Below are positions 10,623-24,000 of a stretch of DNA of 64,000 bases, piece after piece. Position numbers and translations under genes: made by a program. Every line of letters starts with the position of its first letter. The first letter of the stretch is position 1. The stretch spans positions 2,976,001 to 3,040,000 of the forward strand of contig CM030332.1 in assembly GCA_017654855.1 (NCBI GenBank), given 5' to 3'. The notes beneath the pieces were generated by a model. It was given only the letters and a program-made list of their open reading frames with translations. It made no database searches and had not been told where the DNA came from. The stretch is from Podospora anserina. Its lineage: Eukaryota.

Positions 10623-11586
10623 GGTAGGTATTCCGTTAAAGCAGTAGTCGCTCAGGCATCTGTTCAAATATCAGGTTCGTAAGAAGCAGGCAATCCAGGG
10701 CGATGATCGTCTTTGGAGCTCCCAGACGCAGTCAGTCATTCCGGTTTCCGGGAAGCAGCGGCATCCAATGTCGCATGCCAAGCCAAGCCCCCTTTGCCCA
10801 ACTTCCCACCATCCGTTCCATCCAAACCCGCTTTCAGCCACAACCCCCCCAAACCCACCAGCCACACTAGGCCCAAGCTCAGCCCCACCACCCAAATCCG
10901 CCCATAAAACCTCTCTTTGCCTTTCCAGATTTGATTTTTTTCCCTTTTACTTCTTCATATTGAACAACGCAAATTATCACATTCACACAGGACTAGTTAC
11001 CTTATATGCGATTGAGAGGTTCGCTTTCTGCTATTCTTCGGGATGGCAATCGTCTGGACCCACGACCAGTTTGCATTCGTCTCTGGCTGTAAATGGAGAA
11101 CAAACCACAAAAATGCTTGATCTTGGGTGCGGTTCTCTTCTTCCCGTGGAGAGGGGCGCAATGATTGAACATACATTTCTTTTGCTTTATATTTGGAGTG
11201 TTTTGATTTGATTTGCCTCTGTCCACTATTCGGTCTGTAAAAGAGGACTTGTGGGTGGTCGTTGTCTTGCAACTTTGCTTGCTCATCTGGATGGCAAGAA
11301 AACTCTGTAATCTGCGAAACTTCGCGACTCCTGCAAAAGTTGTCTGCTTCCAGCATGGGACCATTTGTGTGGTCCAGGTCGAATTTTGCAAAGGGGGGAA
11401 TCTCAGAAAACTCTGTCAGTATGAGTATTTTGCATTTGGGTGAGTCCACAGAAACTCAAGCCTGTGGTGGAAGAGAGTTATAGTCACGACTGCATCAATG
11501 GTTGGTCAATGTCAATAATGAGAAACAAGTTGAGGTAATTACCAGGCTCGACACCAAGCACAAAGAGTTTATTCGTGGCATTAAAT

Positions 11587-13937
11587 CTACTTTTTAGCCT
11601 TCACCTTCTCCTTCTTCTCCTTGGGCTTCGCCTTCTCCGTAGTCTTCTCCTCCGCCTTCTCGACCTTGGGTGTCTCCTTGGTCTTCTCCTTCTTGTCCTT
11701 CTTCTCCTTCTTCTCCGACTTGGCCTCGGCCTTCTCAGCCTTCTCCTTGGGCGCTTCCTTCTCCCTGGTCACTTCCTTCGTAGGCTCCTCCTCGGACGTC
11801 TCCTCCTTCATCCCCTTCTTCTCCTTCTTCTCTCCCTTCTTCAACGCCCTAGGATCCAGACCGCGTCTCCTCATGGCGTTGCGCTTCGCGCGCTCAATGT
11901 AGTCCGCATCCTGATCGTCATCGAAACCACCAAAGTCATCCTTCGCCTCCTCGCCAGCCTCCTCGGTAGCGATGGGGGTCTTGTCAATGACCATGGCATC
12001 ATCGTCGACGTTGCGAGTGACAGCCTTGTCCTTCTTGCCGTTGGCAAGGACAGCATTTGGAGGCGTTGGGCCGATCTTCTGGAACTTGGCTACGAAGAAA
12101 CCGTCGACGTTGTACAAGTGAGGATAGTAGCGGCGGGTCAGCTTGAGACTGGGGTGGAACTCCTTGCCCATGAAGCTAGTGAACCCTTCTTTACCGAATG
12201 GCAAGCCAGTCTGTACAAAACATTAGCATTGTAATCTGAAGTAATTCGAGTGGGACAGTCATACCTCGACTAATCTGACGTTGGGGCGGCGGCTCAAAGC
12301 ATAGGCGACGACTTGTTCGCTAAAAGAAAGGGTCAGTAAAGGTTGTCGTAAGAGTTCCTCATCAAGACTTACTTTTCCTCAACAGCGACACTACAGGTAG
12401 AGTAGACCAGGTAGCCACCGGTCTTGCTGGCATGGTTGACCGAGTCGATCGCAGCCAGGATCAGCTGCTTTTGAAGATGTGGCAATTGCTGGAAGTCCTT
12501 CTCGTCTCTGTTGGTCTTGACTGACGGATCCTTGGCAATAACACCAGTACCCGAGCATGGGGCATCCAACAAGACTCTATCGAACCCGCCCATAACACGA
12601 GGGAACTCGCGGGCATCGTAATTGCAGACAATGGTATTTCTGACACCAAGACGGTGAATGTTACCAATCAAACCCTTGGCACGAGCCTTGCTGGGATCGT
12701 TGGCAAAGATAACACCAGTGTTCTTCATCAGCGCCGCCATATGCGTAGTTTTACCACCGGGTGCAGAGGCCATATCCAGGCAGCGCTCGTTCTCCTGTGG
12801 GCACAGGGCCATGACGGGGAGGAAAGAAGAGGCGGCTTGTAGGATGTAATGACCAGCGAGGTACTCGGGCGTAGCACCCAGAGGCACGTTGGAGTCGAAA
12901 ACTTGCAGACCGACCTTGGACCACTTTCCAACTGGCTCCAAAGTAACACCGCGGTTGATCAAAGCCTGGGCGAGATCGCGACGATGGGTGCGAAGGGTGT
13001 TTGTGCGGATGACAACAGGACGGGCACTTTCGTTGGCTTCGAAGAAAGCAAACGCTTCTCTGGGGGGGAAGAGATTCATCAGCTTCTCCGCCAGGAACTC
13101 GTTGTAGCCATAGTAGGCGCAAACGTCCTTCAAGAGCTGGTTGGTGTACTCGGCTCTGTCCCGCCCCTCCTCAGCAAGCTCGCCGAAATCTTCAAGCACC
13201 CGAATTGTCTCTGTTATCCTGGTTCTCAACATCTGGAGATCGGGGGCCAACAAGCTCTTGGTCTTGGCGGCCAGGTCTTCGTCTTCGTCGTCGCTGTCGA
13301 GAACATGGGGCTTGTCGCCGTCGATGTTTGTTTGCATGGCATCTTCGCGCAACTCGGCTTCGTTTTCGGCCTCCTCTTCCTCCCTCTGTTGATCCAGTTT
13401 CCTCGACAGACCTTCGATATTGGCGGCAGTGAGCTTCTCCTCTCTTTCGTCATCATCCTCGTCTTCATCATCAGAGAAGACAAACTTCTCCTTCTTGCCT
13501 GCATCCTGATCCAGATCCGAATCGTAGACTGAGTCATCATCCGACCCAAGGAAGTCAGATCCCAACTTCAATTCCTCATCAGAACCAGCCTCATCCTCGA
13601 GGTCGGAGGCATCGAACTCATCATCCATCTCCTCGTCGGAATCTGATTGAGGCTCTGGGGCCTTCTTGCCCTTTGTCTTGGAGGCCTTCACGCCATTGCT
13701 GGGTGCGCTGGCTGTCTTCTTAGAGCCATTGGCCTGTCTCCCAGTTCCCTTTGTTCCTGTGGCGCTTTTGATCGCCTTCTCGGGCTTCTTGGATGCTGTG
13801 CGACGCTTCTTGCTTGAGTGTTCTTCGGCGGGGATGTCGTCGACTGGAATTCCCTTTTTGCGCTTCAAGTTGGCGAAGTGGGCTTCCGATAATGGCTCGG
13901 GAGGGCCCTGTTTCTTCATGCGACGGCCGACACCCAT
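11587..13937 (-). CDS. NOP2: 25S rRNA cytosine-C5 methyltransferase Nop2
   Basis: Acidic N-terminus; LDMASAPGGKT, FDRVLLDAPCSGTG, YSTCS, RRYYPHLYNVDGFFVAK; K/E-rich tail. Introns ~12320-12372 and ~12211-12264. Confidence 0.95.
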
Positions 13938-14692
13938 CTTGATTTAATGGCAGGTGCGATAGTGGGGGAGTGGTCTGTGATTGCTGAATGCGAAATGGTA
14001 GGCTTCCTGCAGAGGTTTCTCGCAGATATTTTGGCAACTTTTCTGTTATCGATAAGTAGTAACTTTTTTCCAGCTCTGAGCCACATCCAATCCCCTGCAA
14101 TTCCCAGGGAACCCACATTGGGTGATCTGATTGGTGGAGACAGGTTGGTCTACGCTAGGCCGAATGCAGGATCCCTGCCTCCACACCTGGAGCCAAGAGC
14201 CGACGCTTTGCCTGGGAGACCTGGCCGGCAGCAGCAGCAAAGAGAAGGGGGCAAGCAGGAGGCAGTCGCGAGGAGCTCTTAACACATCACTCAAAAGTTG
14301 ACCGACCCGCAAACCGCCTCTCTGTGGCACCTGCAGCAGCCTGCACAAAACAACACTCCATCCAGAGCGTCGCTTCCCTTTAGTTATTTCTTTGCACGTC
14401 AGGCACAAACGACTCTTCTGTCACCCTCCTTCCCGTGATTCTCCTTCTCTTTTTTTGATCAGCGAATTGCCTGTTGTTGCTCTTTCTAATTGAGCTTCTG
14501 CAGCTCCTGCTGATTTATTACGACTCCTCCCTCAATTCTCCGGCCTGCCGAGCTCCACCAATTCCCAAGCCCCTTTCAACGTCACTGCGTTTGGAGCGTT
14601 CAACTTCTTCCATCTGACGCCAGCAACTTTTGACAAGTTGGCTGCTAATTCTCCCTAAACTGCGCGCCCCCAAGCGCAAAACCGACTTCACC

Positions 14693-17600
14693 ATGGCCGC
14701 GCCTAATCTACCCATCAAATTCCAGGAGCTGCTCCAGCTCAGCAGCCTGGGTGTTGGGCCAACTGCTATCACATTCAACACTTGCGTATGTCCCGCCGAC
14801 ATCTATCTGCCTGTGTCGCCTGACCGCCATGTGCTAACCCTCCCTCTCTCGCCCCATACAGACATTAGAATCAGACTCGTACATCTGCATCCGAGATAAG
14901 AAGGACGAAGCCTCTTCCCCCGAAGTCATCATCGTCGACCTCAAGAATGGCAACAATGTCATTCGCCGGCCCATCAAGGCCGACAGCGCCATCATGCACT
15001 GGACGCGTCAGGTCATCGCCCTCAAGGCCCAATCGCGAACACTGCAGATCTTCGACCTCGAGCAGAAGCAGAAGCTCAAGTCGACCCAGATGAGCGAGGA
15101 CGTGGCCTTCTGGAAGTGGATCAGCGAGACCACGCTCGGCTTGGTGACAGAGACATCCGTCTATCATTGGGATGTTTTTGATCCGACCCAGGCGGCACCT
15201 GTCAAGGTGTTTGACCGCCACAGCAACCTCACAAATAACCAGATCATCAACTATCGGACGAGCGCTGATGGAAAGTGGATGGCCGTCGTTGGCATTTCGC
15301 AGCAACAAGGCCGCGTTGTTGGAGCCATGCAACTGTATTCGAAAGACCGCGGCATTACCCAGGCCATTGAAGGCCATGCCGCTGCCTTTGGCACTATTCG
15401 TCTCGACGGTGCCCCCGAGGACACCAAGCTGTTCACCTTCGCCGTGCGGACCGCCTCTGGAGCCAAACTTCACATCGTGGAAATTGACCACCCGGAAACG
15501 AATCCTGTCTTCCAGAAGAAGGCAGTTGATGTGTTCTTCCCGCCAGAGGCCGGCAGTGACTTCCCCGTTGCGCTTCAAGTGTCACAGAAGTATGGTATCA
15601 TTTATTTGATCACCAAATACGGATTCATTCATCTCTACGACCTCGAAACTGCTACATGTATCTTCATGAACCGCATCTCGGGCGAGACCATCTTCACAGC
15701 TTGTGGCGACAGCAATTCGACTGGTGTCGTCGGTATCAATCGCAAGGGTCAGGTACTCTTCGTTAGCGCCGATGAAAACAAGATCGTACCCTATGTGTTG
15801 GAAAGCCACGGCACCGAGCTGGCCCTCAAGCTGGCGTCGCGTGCTGGTCTGCCCGGTGCTGACAACCTCTATCAGCAACGGTTCGAGCAGCTGTTCAGCA
15901 ACGGAAGCTACCAGGAGGCTGCTAAGGTCGCCGCCAACTCGCCCCGTGGTTTCCTGCGGACACCCCAGACGATAGAGCGTTTCAAGCGGCTTCCGCAGCA
16001 GCCTGGCTCCATGTCGCACATCTTGCAATATTTCGGCATGCTTCTTGACAAGGGTGCTCTGAACCAGCACGAAACCCTTGAGCTTGCTCAACCCGTGCTT
16101 GCCCAGAACCGGAAACAGCTCCTGGCGAAGTGGCTGGAAGAGAACAAGCTCGAGTGCTCCGAGCAACTTGGTGACATGGTCCGCCCGCATGATATGCCCA
16201 TGGCCCTCAGCATCTACCTGAAGGGCAATGTGCCCAACAAGGTTGTCGCTGGCTTTGCCGAGTTGGGACAGTTTGATAAGATTCTCCCCTACTGCACTCA
16301 GACTGGCTATCAACCAGACTTTATTCAACTTTTGCACCACATCGTCCGCGTGAACCCAGAGAAGGGTGCCGAGTTCGCGACAGCACTTGCCAACAATGAA
16401 GGGGGCTCGCTTGTTGACCTCGAGCGCGTCGTGGATATCTTCCAATCGCAGGGCATGGTGCAGCAGGCTACCGCTTTCCTTCTCGATGCTCTCAAGGACA
16501 ACAAGCCTGAGCAAGGCCATCTCCAGACCCGCCTCTTGGAGATGAACCTTCTCAATGCCCCCCAGGTTGCTGATGCTATCCTCGGCAACGACATGTTCTC
16601 CCACTTCGACAAGGCGCAGATTGCCAAGTTGTGCGAGCAAGCAGGATTGTTCCAAAAGGCTCTGGAGCTCTACGAGGACCCCGCAGCCATCAAGCGTGTT
16701 GTCGTAGGCATTGCCGGGGCGCCAAACTTCAACCCCGAGTGGTTGATTGAGTACTTCGGTCGCCTTTCCGTCGAGCAATCCATTGACTGCCTCGATGCTA
16801 TGTTGAAGCACAATATCCGCCAAAACCTCCAGTCCGTTGTGCAGATTGCCACCAAGTATGCCGAGCTTCTCGGGCCCCAGCGTCTTATTGACCTGCTTGA
16901 GAAGTACAAGACCGCCGAAGGTCTTTACTACTTCCTTGGTAGCATTGTCAACGTTACCGATGATTCTGAGGTTGTCTTCAAGTACATCGAGGCTGCTACC
17001 AAGACGGGTCAGATCCGCGAGGTTGAGCGCATTTGCCGTGACAACAGCGTCTACAACCCAGAGAAGGTCAAGAACTTCTTGAAGGAGGCCAAGCTCAGCG
17101 AGATGCTTCCACTCATGGTGGTGTGCGATCGTTTCAACTTTGTACACGACTTGGTCCTCTACTTGTACCAGCACCAGCAGTTCAAGTCCATCGAGGTGTA
17201 TGTGCAGCAAGTCAACCCTTCGAGGACTCCCGGTGTTATTGGCGGCTTGTTGGATGTCGACTGCGATGAGAACATCATCAAGAACCTTCTCAGCACAGTC
17301 AACCCAGTATCTATCCCCATCGATGAGCTTGTCCAGGAGGTCGAGACCCGCAACCGTCTCAAGTTGCTTCTTCCCTTCCTCGAGGCGACCCTGGCTGCTG
17401 GCAATCAGCAGCAGGCAGTGTTCAACGCTTTGGCCAAGATTTACATCGACTCCAACAACAATCCTGAGAAGTTCCTCAAGGAGAACGACCAGTACGACAC
17501 CCTCACTGTCGGAAAGTACTGCGAGAAGCGCGATCCCAACCTCGCCTACATTGCCTATAGCAAGGGCCTGAACGACCTTGAGCTCGTCAACATCACCAAC

Positions 17601-19885
17601 GAGAACGCCATGTACAAGGCCCAGGCCAGGTACCTGCTTGAGCGTGGTGATAATGACCTCTGGATGTTCGTTCTCAGCGAGAACAACCTCCACCGCCGTT
17701 CCGTGGTCGACCAAGTCATCTCGACCGCTGTTCCCGAGTCGACGGATCCCGCCAAGGTTTCTCTTGCGGTTCAATGTTTCCTGAGCGCTGATCTTCCAGC
17801 TGAGCTCATTGAGCTGCTCGAGAAGATTGTCTTGGAGCCATCACCCTTCAGTGACAACCCGAACTTGCAGAATTTGCTCATGTTCACTGCTGCCAAGGCT
17901 GACAAGGCCCGCGTGATGGATTACATCCATCGTCTTGACAACTTCTCCGCGGATGAGATTTCTAATGTCTGCATTGAGGTTGGTCTGTTCGAGGAAGCCT
18001 TCGAGGTTTTCAAGAAGATCGACAACAAGGAGGCGGCTGTCAACGTACTCGTTGAGCATGTGGTTAGCATCGATCGTGCTCAGGCTTATGCCGAGGAGGT
18101 CGACATCCCTCAGGTTTGGAGCAGAGTCGCCAAGGCTCAGCTTGACGGTCTCCGTGTCAGCGACTCGATCGAGTCTTACATCAAGGCGGAGGACCCCAAG
18201 AACTACGAGGAAGTTATTGAGATCGCTGTGGCTGCTGGCAAGAATGAGGAGCTCATCAAGTATCTGCGCATGGCCCGCAAGACCCTTCGCGAGTCTGCCA
18301 TTGATACTGCTCTTGCCTTTTGCTATGCTCGCCTTGATCAACTTGCCGAGCTCGAGGACTTCCTGCGGGCTACTAATGTCGCCAACATTGAAGAATCCGG
18401 AGACAAGGCTTACGCCGAGGGCTTCTTCGAGGCGGCCAAGATCTTCTATACCAGCATTTCCAACTGGGCGAAGTTGGCTACCACATTGGTACATCTTGAG
18501 GATTACCAAGCTGCTGTTGACTGCGCGCGCAAGGCCAACAACATCAAGGTCTGGAGAGAAGTCCATGAGGCTTGCGTTGGCAAGAAGGAGTTCCGTCTGG
18601 CCCAGATCTGCGGTCTCAACCTTATCGTTGATGCTGAGCAGCTTCAGGCTTTGGTTAAGCAGTATGAGCGTGAGGGCTACTTTGACGAGCTCATCAGTCT
18701 TCTTGAGCAAGGTCTTGGCTTGGAGCGTGCCCACATGGGTATGTTCACCGAGCTTGGCATTGCCCTTTCCAAGTACCACCCTGAGCGGTTGATGGAGCAC
18801 CTCAAGCTCTTCTGGAGCAGAATGAACCTGCCCAAGATGATCCGTGCTTGCGAGGAGGCCAACCTCTGGCCTGAGCTGGTCTTCTGCTACTACCACTATG
18901 ATGAATTCGACAACGCTGCTCTTGCGGTTATGGAGCGGCCGGAAAACTCCTGGGAGCACCAGCAGTTCAAGGAGATCACCGTCAAGGTTGCCAACCTTGA
19001 GATCTACTACAAGGCCATCAACTTTTACCTTGAGCAGCATCCTTCGCTCCTTACCGACCTTCTCCAGGTCCTCACTCCTCGCATCGATGTCAACCGTGTT
19101 GTCCGCATGTTCCAGAAGTCCGACAACTTGCCTCTGATCAAGCCATTCTTGCTCAGCGTTCAGTCGCAGAACAAGCGCACTGTTAACGATGCCATCAACG
19201 ATCTTCTGATCGAGGAGGAGGACTACAAGACTCTCCGCGACTCTGTCGAGAACTACGACAACTATGACGCTGTCGAGCTCGCCGGTCGCCTCGAGAAGCA
19301 CGATCTCGTCTTCTTCCGCCAAATTGCCGCTAACATCTACCGCAAGAATAAGCGCTGGGAGAAGTCGATCAACCTGTCCAAGCAGGACAAGTTGTGGAAG
19401 GATGCCATTGAGACTGCTGCCATCTCTGGCAAGACCGATGTTGTTGAGGAGCTTCTCCGTTATGTATGTTTCCCTTTTGATTCATGCTTGTATTTTGATT
19501 GTAACATGTGCTAACAAGCCCGCCTTAGTTCGTCGACATTGGCAACAGGGAGTGCTACGTCGGCATGCTTTATGCCTGCTACGACCTCATCCGCCCCGAT
19601 CTTATCCTGGAGCTCTCTTGGCGCAACGGCCTCCATGACTTCACTATGCCGTACATGATCAACCTCCTCTGCCAGCAAACCAAGGAGTTGGCCGCCCTCA
19701 AGGCTGACAACGAGGCTCGCAAGGCCAAGGAGGCTGCCGAGAAGACCGAGGATGACAACACCCCCATCCTGGGCATGAACCGCCTCATGATCACCGCTGG
19801 TCCCGCTCAAGGCCGGGCCTCTCCCGCGTCTTTTGGCGGACAAACCAACGGATTTGCGCCCCAACCTACCGGTTTCGGATTCTAG
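14693..19885 (+). CDS. CHC1: Clathrin heavy chain
   Basis: MAAPNLPIKFQELLQL...; introns 14786-14861 and 19464-19528. N-terminal propeller (RRPIKADSAIMHW, QAIEGHAAAF), CHCR repeats, ends ...APQPTGFGF. Confidence 0.97.
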
Positions 19886-20364
19886 AGGGTTGCACCGGTG
19901 GTATTTGAGTGCCCTTGCGTTTACGATCCCTACACGGGACGTTGGTTTTACCCTTATCAGCAGCAGTATTCCATGATGCCAGGCGAACCGGTGTATGTGG
20001 AAGAGCTTGGTCGGGTTTCCAAAAGGTTTCTTCAATCGCACAAGCTTCTTTGTTAGGGAGGCCAGGAGGAGAGGGTATCTCAAAAGTAAAAGGATTTCTT
20101 TACTTTTTTCTAGGGCATGATGGATGGAATTGAAGGCTGGGGCATGCAGGAGGCTGTTTTTTTGAAATGTTGCTACCATAAATGTTAGTGTATGATATAT
20201 TTGCCCTTGGGGCTTTTTCAAGTTTTTATTGGTGTTGCTTTTGCTTTTTTCCGTGGTGTCTTTCGAAAATGATGATGTGATGTTGTGCATATATGGTTGA
20301 AAACATATTGCTATTTGGCCTAGGGTTCTTGAATGTGCCATTGAGCCTGTGTAAGTTCCTAAGA

Positions 20365-20580
20365 GAAAGTCTTTGCAAAGTCTAGAGAGAAGAAGTTTCC
20401 AAGAAGTGTACAGAAAGTCGAGGAGAAGCTATGAGAAGCCTATAAGAAGTCTATAAGTCTGTCTATAAGAAGTCTATAAGAAGTTTATAAAAAGATAAGA
20501 AGTTATAAGTAAGGGAGAATAAACCTATAGTATAAGTTTCAGTCGCCGGTACTATTACAGAGTAAGACTGGCCATCCCTA
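20365..20580. repeat. Degenerate ~11-bp tandem repeat (AAGTCTATAAG), TpA-rich, possible transposon end
   Basis: aagcctataag aagtctataag ... aagtctataag aagtttataaa, between the convergent CHC1 and PYC 3' ends. The block ends at CATCCCTA (TAGGGATG on minus). Confidence 0.65.
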
Positions 20581-21039
20581 AGAATGTTGGGCATATCGCG
20601 ATAAAACAGCGCAGTATCCCAAAGGCAAGGGCTTGGGGTTGGGCATCTGATATTATCTTCACTTGTGGACCATCTTGAAGACGATAGGACAAGAATATCA
20701 CACATTCACATAGACTCAAGCCTTTATTGAACTGTTATTTAATTCCTACTTGTATGTGTGTGCGTGCTCGGATATAACCAGTTGTGCTTGACAGAAGAAC
20801 AAGGGACCTATCCCGATACCTTTCCACGCCTGCTGCTCCAGAATCATGGGAACCCCTCCGTTACGAGAAAAGAAAAACAAGGATAATCCCAGATATCCAC
20901 GGCTCCCTTAGCTTCACCATAGCCCCCCCTCACACGAATTGCTCGGCTCGTTTGAGCGAGCGGGCGTGTCTTGAGGTGTGAGCAACGAAGCAGAGGGATT
21001 AACTCGGTTTCTAGTGTGCTGCTAAACGAATCACGTCGC

Positions 21040-24000
21040 TCATTTCTTGTCGCCCCTGGTGATGCGGCACACCAGGTCGGAGCCGTCGACTGAGTCGCCT
21101 TCTCTCACTTGCAGAGAGGAGACTACACCATTGTGAGGAGCGGAGATAACCATTTCCTAGAAAGATTAGTTAGCAAGTTGAGTTCAAGTGCGGAAATTCA
21201 GAGGGTATATCCTACCATCTTCATGGCGCTCAGGACAGCAAGGGGATCGCCCTTCTTGACCTCAGAGCCCTCGTGGACGCGGAGCTCAACGAGCACACCG
21301 GCCATGGGGGCACCGACCTGGCTCGAATCGCCAGGGTCGGCCTTGGGTCGGCTCACGTTCTCCACCGACGCCTGCTTGTCGTCGACAGTGACTTGGCGAA
21401 CCTCGCCGTTCATTTCGTAGAACACCTCGCGCTGGCCAGTGTTCTCGGAGAGCGGGCCGACGGCCAGCAACTTGAGGATCAACACCTTACCCTTCTCGAG
21501 CTCAACGTGGAACTCCTCGCCAATCTCAGGCTTGCTGAGGAAGTACTTGGTAGGCAAGACGCTGAGGTCTCCGTACTTAGCGATGAAGGCCTTGTAGTCG
21601 GCGAACACCTTGGGGTACATGATGTGACTGGCCACGTCGCACTCGGTAACGCTGCCGTACTTGCGCGACAGCTCCTTCCTGACCTTGGCAAAGTCGATGG
21701 GCTCGAGGAAGAGACCAGGGCGCTTGTCGAGCTTGCGGCGACCACGGAGAGCCTTGGTGCGGAATGGCTCGGGGAAACCACCGTACGGCTGGCCCATCAT
21801 ACCCTCGAGGAACTCGAGAACGGAGCCAGGGAAGTCGAGCTCGCCAGCACGCTCAATGACATCCTTGGGGCTGAGCTTGTTGGACACCATGAACTGGGCC
21901 AAGTCACCAACAACCTTGGAGGTAGGAGTGACCTTGACGATGTCGCCGAGGAGTTCGTTGGCTTGCTCGTAAGCCTTCTTGGTCTCCAACCACTGGGAGC
22001 CAAGACCAAGCTGAGAGGCCTGGAACATCATGTTGGTGAGCTGACCGCCAGGAATCTCGTGCTCGTACACCTCAGGATCGGGACCCGCAAGATGAGCCTC
22101 GAAGGGCGAGTAGAGGAGGCGAAGCTGAGACCAGTAGGTATCAAGCGCACGAACGTGAGCAGGGTTGAGACCGGGCTGCTTATCGGTACCATCAAGCGAC
22201 GCAATGATGGCGTTGATGCTGGGCTGCGAGGTCATACCAGACAAGCTGTCAGTGGCAGCGTCAACAGCATCGGCGCCGGCCATGGCGCAGGCAACCATGG
22301 AAGCCACACCAGTACCCGCGGAGTCGTGGGTGTGGACGTGGATGGGGAGGTCAGGGTACTTCTTGCGGATGGTACCGATGAGGATGGTGGCAGCATGGGG
22401 CTTGAGAACACCGGCCATGTCCTTGATGCCAAGAACATCAATGTCGAGAGCAACAAGCTTGTCAACAAGGTCAATGTAGTAATCCAAGGAGTACTTCTTC
22501 TTGGGGTTGAGCATGTCACCGCTGTAGCAGACGGTACCCTCGCAGACACCACCAGCCTTTTGCACGGCCTTGATACCAACCTCGAGCTGGTTGATGTCGT
22601 TGAGAGCATCGAAGACACGGAAGATGTCGACACCGTTGTCCTTGGCCTGCTTGACGAAGTGGTCGATGGCATTGTCAGGGAGCGAGGCATAAGCAACGCC
22701 GTTGGCGCCACGGAGCAACATCTGGAAGGGGATGTTGGGGATCAACTTGCGCATCTTGCGGAGGCGGTCCCAAGGGTCCTCGTACAAGAAGCGGAAAGCG
22801 ACATCGAAGGTGGCGCCACCCCAGCATTCCAGAGCGTACAAGTTGGAGAGCGCATGGCTGGTCTCCTTGGCAATGTTGAGAAGGTCGACTGTGCGGACAC
22901 GGGTCGCCAGGAGAGACTGATGGGCATCACGCCAGGTGGTATCCATGAGCAAGCAGCCCTTGTAGTTGCGAACAGCCTTGGCGAAAGCCTTGGGGCCTTG
23001 TTCGACGATGATGTTGCGCCAGCCCTTTTGCGAAGGCGAAGACACATCGAGCTTCTTGCCAGCATCGTCCAAGAGCTCGGGGATGATGATGTCGCCCTTG
23101 AACTTGGGCTCACCGATTTGACCCTTGATGCTGCTACCGTTGACGGCGAGGTCACCAAGATAGGCCAGAAGCTTCTGGGCGCGGTTCTGACTGCCAACGA
23201 GGTCAAACAGGGACGGGGTATCATCAATAAAGGTCGTCCAGCAGTTGCCATCAATAAATGTTGGGTGGGTCAGGAGAGAGGCCAGGAAGGGGATGTTGGT
23301 CTTGACGCCGCGAATGCGGAACTCGATAAGAGCGCGAAGAACCTTGCGGCGGGCAATTTCGTACGTTGAGCCGTGGCACGACACCTTGACAAGCATGCTG
23401 TCGTAGTAGGGGGTAATGACGGCGCCAGCAAAGCCGTTGCCACCATCGAGACGCACACCGTTACCGCCAGCGGAGCGGTACACCTCGATCTTGCCAGTGT
23501 CGGGCTGGAAGTTCTTGGCCGGATCCTCGGTCGTGATACGACACTGGATGGCGAAGCCGCGAGTAGAGATGCGGTCTTGGGTAAGGCCGAGCTGCTCCAG
23601 GGTAGCGCCAGCGGCGATCTGGATCTGAGCGGCAACGATATCGATACCGGTGATTTCCTCAGTGATGGTATGTTCGACCTGGATACGGGGGTTGATCTCG
23701 ATAAAGTAGTAGCGGTTCTGCTGGTCAACCAGGAACTCGGCGGTACCAGCGTTGCGGTAGTTGACAGACTTGGCGAGTCTGACAGCATCGTTCAGGATAG
23801 CATCGCGAACGCTGGCGGGAAGATCCTTGGCCGGAGCGATTTCGACGACCTTTTGGTGTCTGCGCTGCACGGAGCAGTCACGCTCGTACAAGTGGACAAT
23901 GTTGCCATGGTTGTCACCGAGGAGCTGAACCTCAATGTGCTTGGGCTTGTCGAGGAAACGCTCAACGAAGACGGTGCCGTTCCCGAAGGCGCTCTTCGCC

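Noticed and set aside
10997-11449. 150-aa GTG-started ORF between FMP32 and NOP2
   Set aside because: No ATG start, codon bias or motif; at best a decayed fragment.
15582-19322. Long antisense ORFs (730 aa, 493 aa) opposite CHC1
   Set aside because: Shadow ORFs caused by strong codon bias of the sense gene; no domain features.
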